DNA from: Neovahlkampfia damariscottae
Taxonomy: Eukaryota
Length of the DNA: 35,744 nucleotides
Reading direction: 5' to 3'
Assembly: GCA_016618085.1 (NCBI GenBank)
Contig: JABLTG010000184.1
Coordinates: forward strand, 1-35,744
The position numbers were made by a program, and so were the translations under genes. The notes under the pieces were generated by a model. That model did no database searches. It saw nothing but the letters and a program-made list of their open reading frames with translations, and was not told where the DNA came from. Within the stretch, counting starts at the first letter, position 1. Each line of letters starts with the position of its first letter. Below, in pieces: positions 1-10,374 of the stretch.

Positions 1-192
1 GTGGAAAATTACCATCTGAACATTTCATTTCTTCAAAGATTTCTGGTTCTATTAATATACAATTTTGTTGTTCCTCTTTTTCTTTGGAATCTGTGAGATC
101 TACCACATCAGATTTGTCCTCTCCAGTCATTAAAATTTATCCGAACTAACAAATGAAATGATTGGTAGGATAATATAACGACTACTTTTTAT

Positions 193-429
193 TTATTCTG
201 TTTTCTTCTTTTCTTTTGTCAAAATAACAAATGTTATCAATAAAATACCTGAAATTAAAGCTAAATTTGTTCCAACTCGGACCAAAAACAAATCATTTGT
301 TTCAGATTTCCAAGATGGTTTTTCAATATCATTTTTGCCATTCAGGTAATGAATTTCTGGTAAATCTGTAGAAAATCTTCTTAAATTTTCATATTCATCA
401 TCTGAAATGTACCAAGTAGGAGATATTTC
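193..429 (-). CDS. 3' exon of a hypothetical small protein with a C-terminal hydrophobic segment; upstream exons unresolved
   Basis: After the acceptor TTTTACAG the frame reads EISPTWYISDDEY...NLALISGILLITFVILTKEKKKTE* (TAA at 193-195). No recognisable family. Confidence 0.4.
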   Translation of the reverse strand, partial: EISPTWYISDDEYENLRRFSTDLPEIHYLNGKNDIEKPSWKSETNDLFLVRVGTNLALISGILLITFVILTKEKKKTE

Positions 430-619
430 CTGTAAAACGTTTAACTCACAATTTTTTTTTGGAAATGTCTTGAATATTAATGTTTAAAACTCTATGAAAA
501 CCAGTTTTCAAAATTTCTCGTTCCAAATTTACATGAATAGTTGAAGTGTAGGCCACTGCAACAACAATCAAGAACAAAAAAGAAATTGGTTTCATTGGTT
601 GGAAAATAAGAATGTCCTA

Positions 620-870
620 CCACAAACATAAAATAGTAGAAGCCATCAAAATTTCGTCTGTGAAAACACTTCCGTATTGTTTTGATGAATAAAGACATTT
701 ATCTTCCTAATTCAGTATGAATAGTTCCTGGATGTAGTGAAAAAACAGAAATTGGAATTTTCAAATTTTGGAGTTTTCTATTGAGTTCTTTGGAAAATAA
801 GATATTTGACAACTTAAGTTGTGCATAACTTCCCCAAGCATCATGATTTCTCCCAATGCAAATCTTCGTA
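620..870 (-). pseudogene. Fragment of a retinol dehydrogenase/WWOX-type short-chain dehydrogenase
   Basis: YAQLKLSNILFSKEL...SLHPGTIHTELGR matches the SDR YxxxK and HPGxxxT motifs. There is no N-terminal TGxxxGIG Rossmann motif, and a TAA at 699-701 follows ELGR directly. Boundaries are approximate. Confidence 0.6.
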
Positions 871-1065
871 ATTAATTTTTTTAGTTCCAAAAGTATGAGC
901 AAAAGATTGTTCACCAAATTTGTTGAACTTTATTGATGAAAGTTCCAATTGGTCCAAATAAACTATTTTAGAATCATTGTGTATTCCTGCTATTTTCCGA
1001 GAAAAACTCTTTTGACAATTTTTAAAAAGTTCAACTCAAAATTCATTATCAACTTGAACGTGGCA

Positions 1066-1671
1066 ATGGAACAAAACAACCAGTACACAAACAATCCATA
1101 TATTGGTGGAAAAAATGAACAACTTTACCCTACACTACCAACACAACAAGAACCTACAGAAAATGTCCCTGTTTATGGACAGTATACACCAAAAAATCAA
1201 TTTCAAACAGAATTCAACGAAGGATACCAAAATCAACCAAAATTCAATGAAGGATATGGGCAATATAATCAAAAAGGTGGAAATGAATACTCTGGTTCTT
1301 TTGAACAATCACAACAACAATATAATCAAGGATATGGAAATCAACAACAGTTCAACCAAGGATGGTGAACAACCAAAAGCACCTGTAATCATAAATCCAT
1401 ACCAGTAATTTCTTTTTTTTTTTATTTACAAAATTTCAAAAGACAAACAAATGAAAATTTAGATAAAAGTTTAATAAGAAACGGTTCAATTTCTATGGCT
1501 TATGATGAATTTAGAAAACACTCAGTAATAGTATTCACAGTAAATGGAAATGTTTATTATTATGCAAGAGATGGTTCTTGGGTTGCTCCAATAAAATGTA
1601 CAGGTGATATATCAACAGTGTATGAGAAACAAAGACAAAGTATTGCTTTTTTTTGTAAAGGAGATTTTTAA
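1066..1671 (+). CDS. Hypothetical protein with a Q/N/G/Y-rich low-complexity N-terminus and an apparent 2-nt frameshift near 1363
   Basis: ATG at 1066, with FNEGY/YNQGY repeats. CAAGGATGGTGA departs from the repeat unit CAAGGATATGG. The shifted frame continues GEQPKAPVIINPYQ, then intron 1405-1442, then QTNENLDKSLIRNG...FCKGDF*. Confidence 0.5.
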
Positions 1672-1853
1672 TGTTAACTTTTGTTCCTCAGGTTTTTTTT
1701 CTTAAACTTTGACCACTATGGAACTTCTCAGCTTTTGAATCCTATTCATCAATGACTGCAGAATGGACACTTTTTGAAATTGTTTTCATTCTTATCAACA
1801 CGGAAGTTTTTTTTCACCAATCAGATAATTCCATTTAAAAAAAAAAAATTGTG

Positions 1854-2870
1854 ATGAAGGCAATGTTTCAAAAACTTTTTAGTTTTTTGTTTCTCACTCT
1901 AACAATACATTATATTAACTGTGAACAACTGGAAACAAAAAGAGTGATGATTGCAGGAGGAACAAATGCTACACTTGGAGAAATTCCTTATATTGCTTCA
2001 ATAACACTTAGAGACGCACAACATTGTGGAGGAACTCTTATAAACAAAGATTGGGTTATTACAGCTGCTCATTGTTTTAATTTTGTCAAATATTCTGACA
2101 CAAAATATATTTTGGGAAGAACAAACGTTTTATCACAAACTGGAGGCTCAGTTGTTCTTCAAGAAAATGTTTTTATACATCCAAATTATAGTAATATTAC
2201 TGGACATAATGATATTGCAATGGTCAAATTATCTCGATCTGTTTCTGAAACAGAAAATATTAAATATGCAATCATTCATGAAGGAAATGATTTACAAATT
2301 GGAATGGACTCCACTGTTTCCGGATGGGGTAGAACACTGTATAGTGATCCAAATTCATCCAGTGAAAATTTACAAACAGCAACAATTCAAATTCAAACAC
2401 CATCAAAATGTCAATTGACTACAGAGGAAGCAAAGAATAATTATTGTGCATTTTCAGAGAATCCACACCGATATTTCTGTTTGAGGGATTCTGGAGGACC
2501 ATTAATTTGGAAGTCTAATAACACGAGTTATCTTGTTGGTGTCATCGCAAGTTCAAATGTTTGAAATATTTTTGTTTTGATTTTTTAGGGAAATTGTTCT
2601 GTATTAGGATCTGATGGGATTTATACTAAAGTTTCGTCATATGCTAGCTGGATCAAACCACTAATGTCTGTTTGTTTTGGAAAAAATTCATATGACAAGA
2701 ATGTCTGCAGTGAAGGTCAAGGAGTATGCATTTCAAAAGATACTTGCAAATGCCATCCTCCATTTTTTGGAAATCAATGCGAAAAATATCCTTTGCCTTC
2801 AGAAGGAAATTCGATTATCCAATGGAATTTGTTGGCAATTTTTTTTTTGATTCTTTCATTTATTTTTTGA
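1854..2870 (+). CDS. Secreted or membrane-anchored trypsin-like (S1) serine protease with a C-terminal EGF-like domain and hydrophobic tail
   Basis: Signal peptide, IAGG mature N-terminus, TAAHC, DIAMVKL and DSGGP. Intron 2559-2588 (GT-AG) joins GIYTKVSSYASWI, an EGF-like CxCxxxFFGNQC and a hydrophobic C-terminus. Confidence 0.92.
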
Positions 2871-2895
2871 ATAAGAACCTTTTATTTTATACAAC

Positions 2896-3954
2896 TTATA
2901 ATAAATCGATTACGTTTTTGTTTCCCAATGTTTTTGCAATTTCATTTGCTGTTTTTCCAGTTGCATCTCGAAGTGTTGTTTCAGCTCCATTTTGGATCAA
3001 GAATTTTATTATATGTGGTTTAACTAATGCATATGAATATTGCAAAGGTGTCCATAGAATATCTTCTCCATTCAATTTCAATTCCTGTAAAAAATCAATA
3101 TTGAAAAATTCTCACATCGAACATGTACTAAATATGAGAATTTGAAATAAAATTACATTCTAAAATATTAATAAATGATATTTTATACCGTCTATCAATT
3201 TTTAATCATTTTTAAAATTACATTCTATTTAGAAAAAATGAATTAAAAATTTTTTTTTCAAAGATCCTTTACATACTGATTTGTGAAAAAAATATTAATC
3301 TTACAAACTATAAAATATTTAGATATGATATAATATCATCATACACCCTAATTTTTTATATTTAATATTTTTTACGCACTACAATGACATTAGAATATAA
3401 GAATAAGTTACTTCCTCCAGGATTGTTAATTTAAGATAAAAATTTACATACTAACAAAATTACTAAATAAACAATATCTTACGTACTATAAAAATTAAAT
3501 AATTCAATTGATTTACTTTCTAAATGGTTAAAAAAAATATAAAAAATTTCAAACAGTCTTAAATGTCAAAATACAGTATTTATCATTACTTTATAATTCT
3601 AATCAAATTAATTATTCAACTATCTTACATACTAAATATATATTAGATCATCAAATTGTCCTTACTTTCTACAAAGTTAATATCAATTTTTCAAACGCAT
3701 CCAATTGGATATTTATATCTTTCATTAATTTTGAACCCATTTTCAATCAATATTTTCAATTTTTCAATATTATCTTCATATATTGCATCTTCAACTTTTT
3801 TTAAAAATTTAAAATTTTTTTTTTCTTTTTCTGAAATTTCTTTTGGTGGACTTGAGGGAGGAGTAAATTTTTCTGATTTTGCTTTTGTAATAGAAAATGA
3901 TTCTAATTCAGTTACATCACATTGAGAATCAAATGTATTCAGAAAACTACTCAT
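2896..3954 (-). CDS. Small ankyrin-repeat protein (about 169 aa with all exons) encoded by 18 exons, 16 of them micro-exons
   Basis: Exon 1 (3954-3697) ends LKILIENGFKINERYKYPIGC. The last exon (3084-2896) reads ELKLNGEDILWTPLQYS...FLIQNGAETTLRDATGKTANEIA, matching the ankyrin consensus. The 612 nt between them tile exactly into 17 GT-AG introns plus 63 nt of micro-exons. Confidence 0.85.
3085..3696 (-). other. Array of 16 phase-0 micro-exons separated by 28-48 nt introns
   Basis: Minus-strand AG|exon|GT units: 3668-3666 AAA, 3631-3629 TAT, 3598-3590 AATTATAAA, 3557-3555 ACT, 3519-3517 AAA, 3485-3483 TAC, 3450-3448 TAT, 3414-3412 GAA, 3378-3376 TGC, 3347-3345 GGT, 3307-3305 TTT, 3275-3273 TAT, 3224-3222 AAT, 3191-3189 ACG, 3159-3157 AAT, 3127-3116 TACATGTTCGAT. 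Confidence 0.85.
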
Positions 3955-4166
3955 GGTTCCTTCCTGAACGAAATGGATGGGATTGGTTGATTATTTTGGA
4001 AACTGAAAATAGAACAAATAAGAGGTTTGTTAAACGGATGAATGAGTACTTTATTTGTCTGTGGATAAATTATTTTTCTAAATAAAGTCAAAATTTTGGA
4101 TAAATTGAATGATAAAAGCTACAAGAATTTTCAACACTGTTTTCAGACCAGAAATTGAAGAGAAAA

Positions 4167-4673
4167 ATGAAAATCCTTCTTGTCACGTTAAGTTTATTTA
4201 TTTTATTAGCTGCTGCGAGTTCAATGAAAAAAAAAACCAAATACTCCATTGCTCATAGTGACAAACCTTTTGATATTTCTTTCTTGAAAACTTTAACTTA
4301 CAAACAATTTTTTAAACTCATCAGAGGAAGAAAAGGAAAGCATGGTGATGTTGGACCCCGAGGAAGAAGAGGAGAACAAGGTTGTCAAGGTTTGATTTTT
4401 GTTTTTCAAATTAAATTTTTTTCAAAAGGAAAATCTGGTAAACGTGGATTCTGTGGACCAGAAGGACCAAGAGGAAAACCTGGATGTCAAGGACCAAACG
4501 GACCAAAAGGTAAAAGAGGACTTTGTGGGCATCAAGGACCAAGAGGTTATACTTCTCGTAAATGTCACGTAAAAATTCTTAAATTACCTTTTGAAAAATA
4601 TTTAAAATTGAACTACCTCAAGAAAAAATACAATTATAAGTATTTTAAAAAACAAATTCATAAAAAAAAATAA
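4167..4673 (+). CDS. Secreted, Lys-rich collagen-like (Gly-X-Y) protein
   Basis: Signal peptide MKILLVTLSLFILLAAA. Removing the in-frame intron 4390-4428 gives 21 uninterrupted Gly-X-Y triplets. Confidence 0.85.
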   Translation: MKILLVTLSLFILLAAASSMKKKTKYSIAHSDKPFDISFLKTLTYKQFFKLIRGRKGKHGDVGPRGRRGEQGCQGLIFVFQIKFFSKGKSGKRGFCGPEGPRGKPGCQGPNGPKGKRGLCGHQGPRGYTSRKCHVKILKLPFEKYLKLNYLKKKYNYKYFKKQIHKKK

Positions 4674-4695
4674 AAAAAAAAATTTCTTTTGATGT

Positions 4696-4984
4696 TCAAA
4701 TTTTTGGTAAATTTCGAATTGGAAACTGGAAAAATCAGTTAATTTTTTTTATTTACATCTTTTGCATATTGATTTGATTGAATTCTTTTGATTGATTTTT
4801 CTGTTTGCATTAATTGATTTAAAACATTGTGCAATTCTTTTCCAGTTAAATTAGCATTATTTCTAGTTTCTTCAAAGACTTTTTTTTTCAAAAAATCACC
4901 AAATACCTTTTTTTTACCTAAGGTCGGCCAATTCTTAGCAACTCTATAGATTTTCCTCAGTTGTTGAAATAAAGTGAATTTCAT
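4696..4984 (-). CDS. Small basic protein resembling UQCC2/Cbp6 (complex III assembly factor)
   Basis: The NWP motif near the N-terminus and SIKRIQSNQYAKDFP (after intron 4756-4726) resemble the WP...SLxxLxxNxYxxxYP pattern of UQCC2/Cbp6. Recognised by eye only. Confidence 0.55.
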
Positions 4985-5099
4985 TGGACGAAAAATACAA
5001 CAATAGCCATGTTCATTAAAATATTATTTCTGGATGACAATAAGAGTTAGATTTTGACTTCAATATTGAAGGTTCATTTTCATTGGACAGAAATCAAAG

Positions 5100-6305
5100 A
5101 TGAACTTTTTTCACGACACTTCAACACCCCTGTACTATTATTTTAAAGAAGTAAATGAACCACAAATTTATGAAACCAAAAAATTCATACACCCTAAAAA
5201 GAGTATACCATATGAATCTTTTAATGAATACCATAACATTGGCAAAAACATAAAAAACCTTTTTGAAGAGATGTTTACTTTTTCTGGTGAATTTGACCAT
5301 AGTTTTGATGTATACATTAAAACTGATAAAAATATAGTATCTACAATATTTCATTTTTAAATTCTTTGAACAGTCAGCTTTTTCTAATTTAAAAATACAA
5401 GGGCATCAACTTGTTGGTCAAATTGATTGTCTGGTAAAACATGAAAAATACAATTTTCATGGATTTTACAACAATGACAAGAAATCTTATAATGGAACAT
5501 TTGGTTATGATCATGAAAATCCAAGTAAATTATTTTTCACTTTTAAATCTCTCAGAAATCTATTCATTTTTTACATTCAAAAACTTCTTGACAAAGTACA
5601 CGGTGAATGCTGATCCTTACAAATATAGATATCAGTATGATCGTGGAGTGGAAATTGCAAGCAGATATGATGGAAAATATGAGGATTTTATGAAATATTC
5701 AGCAGGAATGAAGTTAAATACCCTCAAAGAATTTGAGTTATTTTTATCAAATGAAATTCATGAAAATTTGACATTAGGAATGACTATAGAATCAAAGAAT
5801 TTCATTGAAAGACAAACTTATTTCAATATGAAAGCTTTGTATAAGTTTAAAACAGCAGAATTGATGCTAAAAAGTGAAAACAACTTCAAATTGAATTCGT
5901 TGAGTTTCTATCAAAAATTTAAGGTTCCAAGAAATGTATTTAGAATATTTAGCATGGATAGATATAATTTTTATCAAGATGAAAAAAGTTATTGTTTAGA
6001 TGTGGTGAGAAAACAGCAACGAATCAATCAATTTTTTGGTAAATTAACTGATCTCCAAATTAATCATTTAAAAAGATTTTGGACTTGAATTAAGGGAAAC
6101 TGGTGAAATATCTTTCGTTTCTAAAGCACAAATTGATGAGAATAGCATCATTAAATTCAAAGCTGATTCAAAATATGTGTATGGTGCAATTGCAATCAAA
6201 TTGTTTGTGAACCCATCATATATGTTTTCTATCGGAACCAAAATGAATCATAAATTCGATTTTGAAGAAACTGGTATCTCCATATCACTTGAAACAACAG
6301 AATAA
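5100..6305 (+). CDS. Divergent eukaryotic porin (VDAC/Tom40 superfamily) beta-barrel protein, multi-exon
   Basis: YHNIGKNIKNLFEEMF resembles the VDAC N-terminal helix (YxDxGKxAxDLF). Alternating beta-strand pattern and a terminal beta-signal-like TGISISLE. At least three short introns (near 5337, 5524, 6049). Confidence 0.55.
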
Positions 6306-6383
6306 AACCAATTTTTTTCAACCAATCAATATCCCTTTGATCCGATTGGTCAACATAAAGACGTTAAGAAGAGTAAAACTGTG

Positions 6384-7667
6384 ATGCTCAAAAAAGTCTT
6401 CGGAAATACTGGAGCCAAATCACAGAGAGGAGAACATAATGAAGATAAAGAAGAGGTTGAAGGAAAGTTCAAAAATTTATTTGGAAGACCTCTATCGACA
6501 AGAGCAAAGTCAAACAAACACATCACTGGAAGAATGACTCCAACTATACAAGTTCAAACTGATGAGTACAGTCACGCTGAATCTGTTGATGATTACAGCA
6601 ACAATCAAAGAACCGAAGATACTTTTACATCACCTAGATCTATGGACAACAAGTCTTCAAAAAACGAATTAAGTTTAAGAGTAGAAGGAGACGAAGAGGA
6701 CTCATTTCATGAAAAGAGTGATTATCATCAAGATTTTGAAGAATATGAAGAAGATGAATCAGAAGGTACAACTGAAGAATTATTCACAGAAAAACAAATA
6801 AAAAACGCTCAAGAACTTTTTCAAAAAGGAAAAGAGTATTTTTTGAAAAAAGAAAAAAGAAAAACAAACAAAATAGAAGCAATTTCATATTTTGAACAAT
6901 CAGCCAATTTTGGAAATTCTGATGCTAATTTTTATTTGGGACTTTGTTATTTTGGAGGTTATGGTAATTTAGAAAAAGATTATCAAAAAAGTTTCATTCA
7001 TTTTTTAAGATGTTCATTTCAAAATCATCCAGAAGGTGCTTTCAATTTAGGAATATCATACTTTCATGGTTATGGAATTGATAAAAATTATGAAAAAGCA
7101 TTTGAGAATTTTCAAAAATCAGCGAATTTAAATTACACCAAAGCAAAGTATCTATTAGGTTTATGTCATTTCAAAGGATTTGGAATTGAAAAAAATGAAA
7201 AATTAGGTGTTGAATGGATAGAAAAAGCATCTCATGAAAAAAACATCGATTCCAATTTATTCCTTGGAAATTTGTATTATAATGGAATTTTTTTTGAACA
7301 AAATTTTGAAAAAGCATGTGAATATTATCAAAAAGCATCAAATTTGAACTCAATGAAAGGTCAATATTTGTTAGCTCTTTGTTATTTAAGAGGTGAAGGT
7401 TGCACAAAAGATTTGAAAAGAGCATCATTTTATTTTCAGAAAGCTGCTGATAAAGGATATCCAAATGCTCAATTTAATATTGGTAAATGTTTTTTTGAAG
7501 GAATTGGTGTTGAACAAAACTACGAAAATGCTGTACATTATTTTCAAAAAGCTGCTGATCAAAATGACAAAGATGCACTTTTGTCACTTTCTATTTGTTT
7601 CAGAAATGGATTTAGTGTTGAAAAAAATGAAGATTTGGCAAATACATATTTGCTAAAATCACAATAA
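6384..7667 (+). CDS. Sel1-like repeat protein with an acidic disordered N-terminus
   Basis: About seven 36-aa repeats of the form AxFxLGxCYxxGxGVEKNYEKAxxYFQKAA. Confidence 0.93.
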   Translation: MLKKVFGNTGAKSQRGEHNEDKEEVEGKFKNLFGRPLSTRAKSNKHITGRMTPTIQVQTDEYSHAESVDDYSNNQRTEDTFTSPRSMDNKSSKNELSLRVEGDEEDSFHEKSDYHQDFEEYEEDESEGTTEELFTEKQIKNAQELFQKGKEYFLKKEKRKTNKIEAISYFEQSANFGNSDANFYLGLCYFGGYGNLEKDYQKSFIHFLRCSFQNHPEGAFNLGISYFHGYGIDKNYEKAFENFQKSANLNYTKAKYLLGLCHFKGFGIEKNEKLGVEWIEKASHEKNIDSNLFLGNLYYNGIFFEQNFEKACEYYQKASNLNSMKGQYLLALCYLRGEGCTKDLKRASFYFQKAADKGYPNAQFNIGKCFFEGIGVEQNYENAVHYFQKAADQNDKDALLSLSICFRNGFSVEKNEDLANTYLLKSQ

Positions 7668-7741
7668 TAAATTTTTTTTGTCACCCAATGAAAATCAACA
7701 ACCAATAACATCTTCACAATATTTTAAGTGAAAAAAGGTAG

Positions 7742-8789
7742 ATGTGGCATTTGTTAAAAGTTGACCCAGAGATGATTGAACTTAGTAGACATACTTCTGT
7801 CACCTATAAAGATGAAATTTTTATTTATGGTGGTTATAAAAAAAGTAACGATGAATTTGAAGTTGAAGAAAACAATTTAATGTACAAAATGAGTTTAAAA
7901 TCAAAAAAATGTTCAAAAATAGTTTCACCTCATCTTGGTAGATGTGGTCACACAGCCTGTATATACAAAGATTCAATGTTCATTTTTGGTAAAGAAAATG
8001 AAAAAAAAAAAAAAAAAACTAACTCTTTTAAAAGGTGGATTAACTTTAATTTCATATTTAAACGATTTATATGAATATAATTTCACCAGTAAAGAATGGT
8101 CTCTTCGAAGATATTCCGGAAGAATAGAAAAAAGATTTGCACATTCATCAACTATTGTTAAAGAAAAAATGTTAATTTTTGGAGGTATAACAGATGGATC
8201 ACAAGTAGGAGAAGATTATCAAATTCTCAATGATTTATATGAATACGATTTTGAAAAGAATGAAATAAGAGAATGTTTCATTACACAGACAGATATTTCA
8301 CCAATATGTGGCCAAGCAGTTTTAACTTATAAAAATGAAATGATCATGTTTGGTGGTTTATTTGGCAAAAATAAAAGATCAAACGAAATTTACAAAATCA
8401 AACCAAATAAGAAAAGTTATTCATTAACAATGTTACCTAAAAATGGAGATGTACCTTCAGAGAGAGCAGGTTCAACAATGGTTGAATTTGATGATAATTT
8501 ATATATTACAGGTGGATATAATGGTGATATTGCTTTGGACGATATTTATCAATATTCTTTTAAACAGAAGAAATGGAAATTGATTGAACTGAAGTTACCC
8601 ATTGGTTTACGTTTACATTCAACAAATTTGATTAAAACTGATGTATCAAATGATTTGATAACTTTTGGTGGTTCTGGATCTGGTGAAGAAATCTACAGTC
8701 ATTTTTTTTTTATTTGTTTCAAACCAGTCAAATTTTTGGAAAATTTGGGATCAAATGAATCCTTTTCGGATGTAATTTTTGAGTTTTAA
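7742..8789 (+). CDS. Kelch-repeat beta-propeller protein
   Basis: Repeated RxxHxxxxxxxxxxIFGG motifs. Intron 7989-8034 joins the two ORFs to give MFIFGG. Confidence 0.9.
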
Positions 8790-8996
8790 TAAGTTGAGAA
8801 AATAAAGGGTTTTGTCTAAAACAATTTTTTTTTTTGAAGAAAATGGTTTTATTTATACATCACAAGCGAGAGTTCATAGCAAAATCTATTATGATTCTGT
8901 CAAAGAAGATGGTGTCATTTTGAAGATTGAATGTGCTCATTTTTAAGCATTTAGGTCAAATGAAAGTTGGAATTTCTAAAGAAAAATTTAATGAAA

Positions 8997-10374
8997 TCAG
9001 TTCTTTTGAGCATATAGAGTGTTCAATAAATCATAAATTTCGAACTTGATAAAATCAATTAAATGTTTTGGAGTATGACCATCTGTATCACTTTGAGCAA
9101 TTGTGATCATTTTTGGTTTAAAATTCAACCCAATTTCTTTTAAATATTCCATCATCTCATTTTTTAATTTTCTTATCTTTCTTTTTGGATAAACAAATTG
9201 AGGTAATGAAAATGATTGAAATGCAGCTCTAACAATTTCATCCACATATTGTTCACCTTCTGAACCATCAACATCAAAAAAATATTGAATAAAATCGAAG
9301 AAATAATTCAAATATTTGACTGCATTTTTTTCTCCTTCACACCAAATTTTTTGTGCAATGTGAGCACAATTCATGAATTTTTTTTTATCATGATATTCAA
9401 TACAAGGAATTAAAATATCATCTTGTATCAGTCTTATCATGTAAGTTTCATTAGATGACAATCCGTCGTCAATTTTTGAGAAATGTGGAATTGGTGTTAA
9501 CAAATTGTCCTTAATGTGAGGGTAAATTTGTTGGAATTTCTTCATGCAATAATTTTCAACATTGAATATTTTTATATGCTTTTTAACTTCATCTTGTCCA
9601 AAATAGTGTTCCAGTGCTGTGTGAGTCGGACTGTTTGTGGAGAAGAAATCTTCATCAATATCCAATAGGGTATTGGACGGATTTAACTTTAAATTTTTGA
9701 ATGTCCCACTTCCAAAATTGATTGCTATGAAGGTGAATTTTTGTTTATTTATCAGTAAATCCGTTGAATTCACAAAGTAATTAGGGAACAACGAAAATTC
9801 ACAAGTCATCCCAATGTTGGTTGGATCTTCAATTTTTGTTCCAATATAGCATTCTTCTGAAATTTCATCAGAAAATCCATCATAAGGAAGGTGTATCCAA
9901 ATAAATTTATCAATAATTCCAGCTGTAAGATGATTAATTAATGTTTTTTTTACCAAATACCATTGGCATGACAAAATTGGCAATATCTATTTCTGTTCCA
10001 TTTTGAATCTTTTTCCAAGGTTTTTTGTCATCAAAAATCATATCTAATGTCAGAGGTCTTGGCGAGGATGAATCAGGATCTATGTTAAATGTTTGAAAAA
10101 AAAAGAGTGGAGGTTTACGTGAATCAAAATGAACCAAAGAATGTTTTTGTCCTTTAAGTAATTCTAAGTTATTTAACCATTCAAAAAGTACTTCAGAGTG
10201 AGCATTGTGAACTGAAAGCTTCAAAGTTTTAAATAATTTTTCTTCCAGTGAATCTTTGAAGCATTTTGGTCTCAGTTTATCATCAAATGGATAATAAGTT
10301 TCAGAGTTGATGCAAATGTCTTTGCTATAAACCAACAAGAAGAAACAAAGAAACAACACTGTTTTTATGTTCAT
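8997..10374 (-). CDS. UPF0489 (C5orf22-like) domain protein with a signal peptide
   Basis: LVHFDSHPD (after removing a 39-nt intron), IDIANFVMP and LLDIDEDFFST motifs; hydrophobic N-terminus; second intron near 9923-9953. Confidence 0.75.

Noticed and set aside
1..130. Possible minus-strand gene start (MTGEDKSDVVDLTDSKEKK) running off the window
   Set aside because: Too little sequence to support a call, although an ATTGG box lies just upstream.
3085..3696. CRISPR-like array, MITE or snoRNA cluster as an explanation of the ~35-nt periodicity
   Set aside because: There is no conserved 20-40 nt repeat, no terminal inverted repeats or target duplication, and no C/D or H/ACA layout. The only conserved bases are splice dinucleotides and donor consensus.
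4390..4428. Hydrophobic insert LIFVFQIKFFSK in the collagen ORF (similar inserts in the UPF0489 and RhoGAP ORFs)
   Set aside because: These are stop-free 3n GT-AG introns. Removing them restores the Gly-X-Y register, HFDSHPD and KMN-AENLA.
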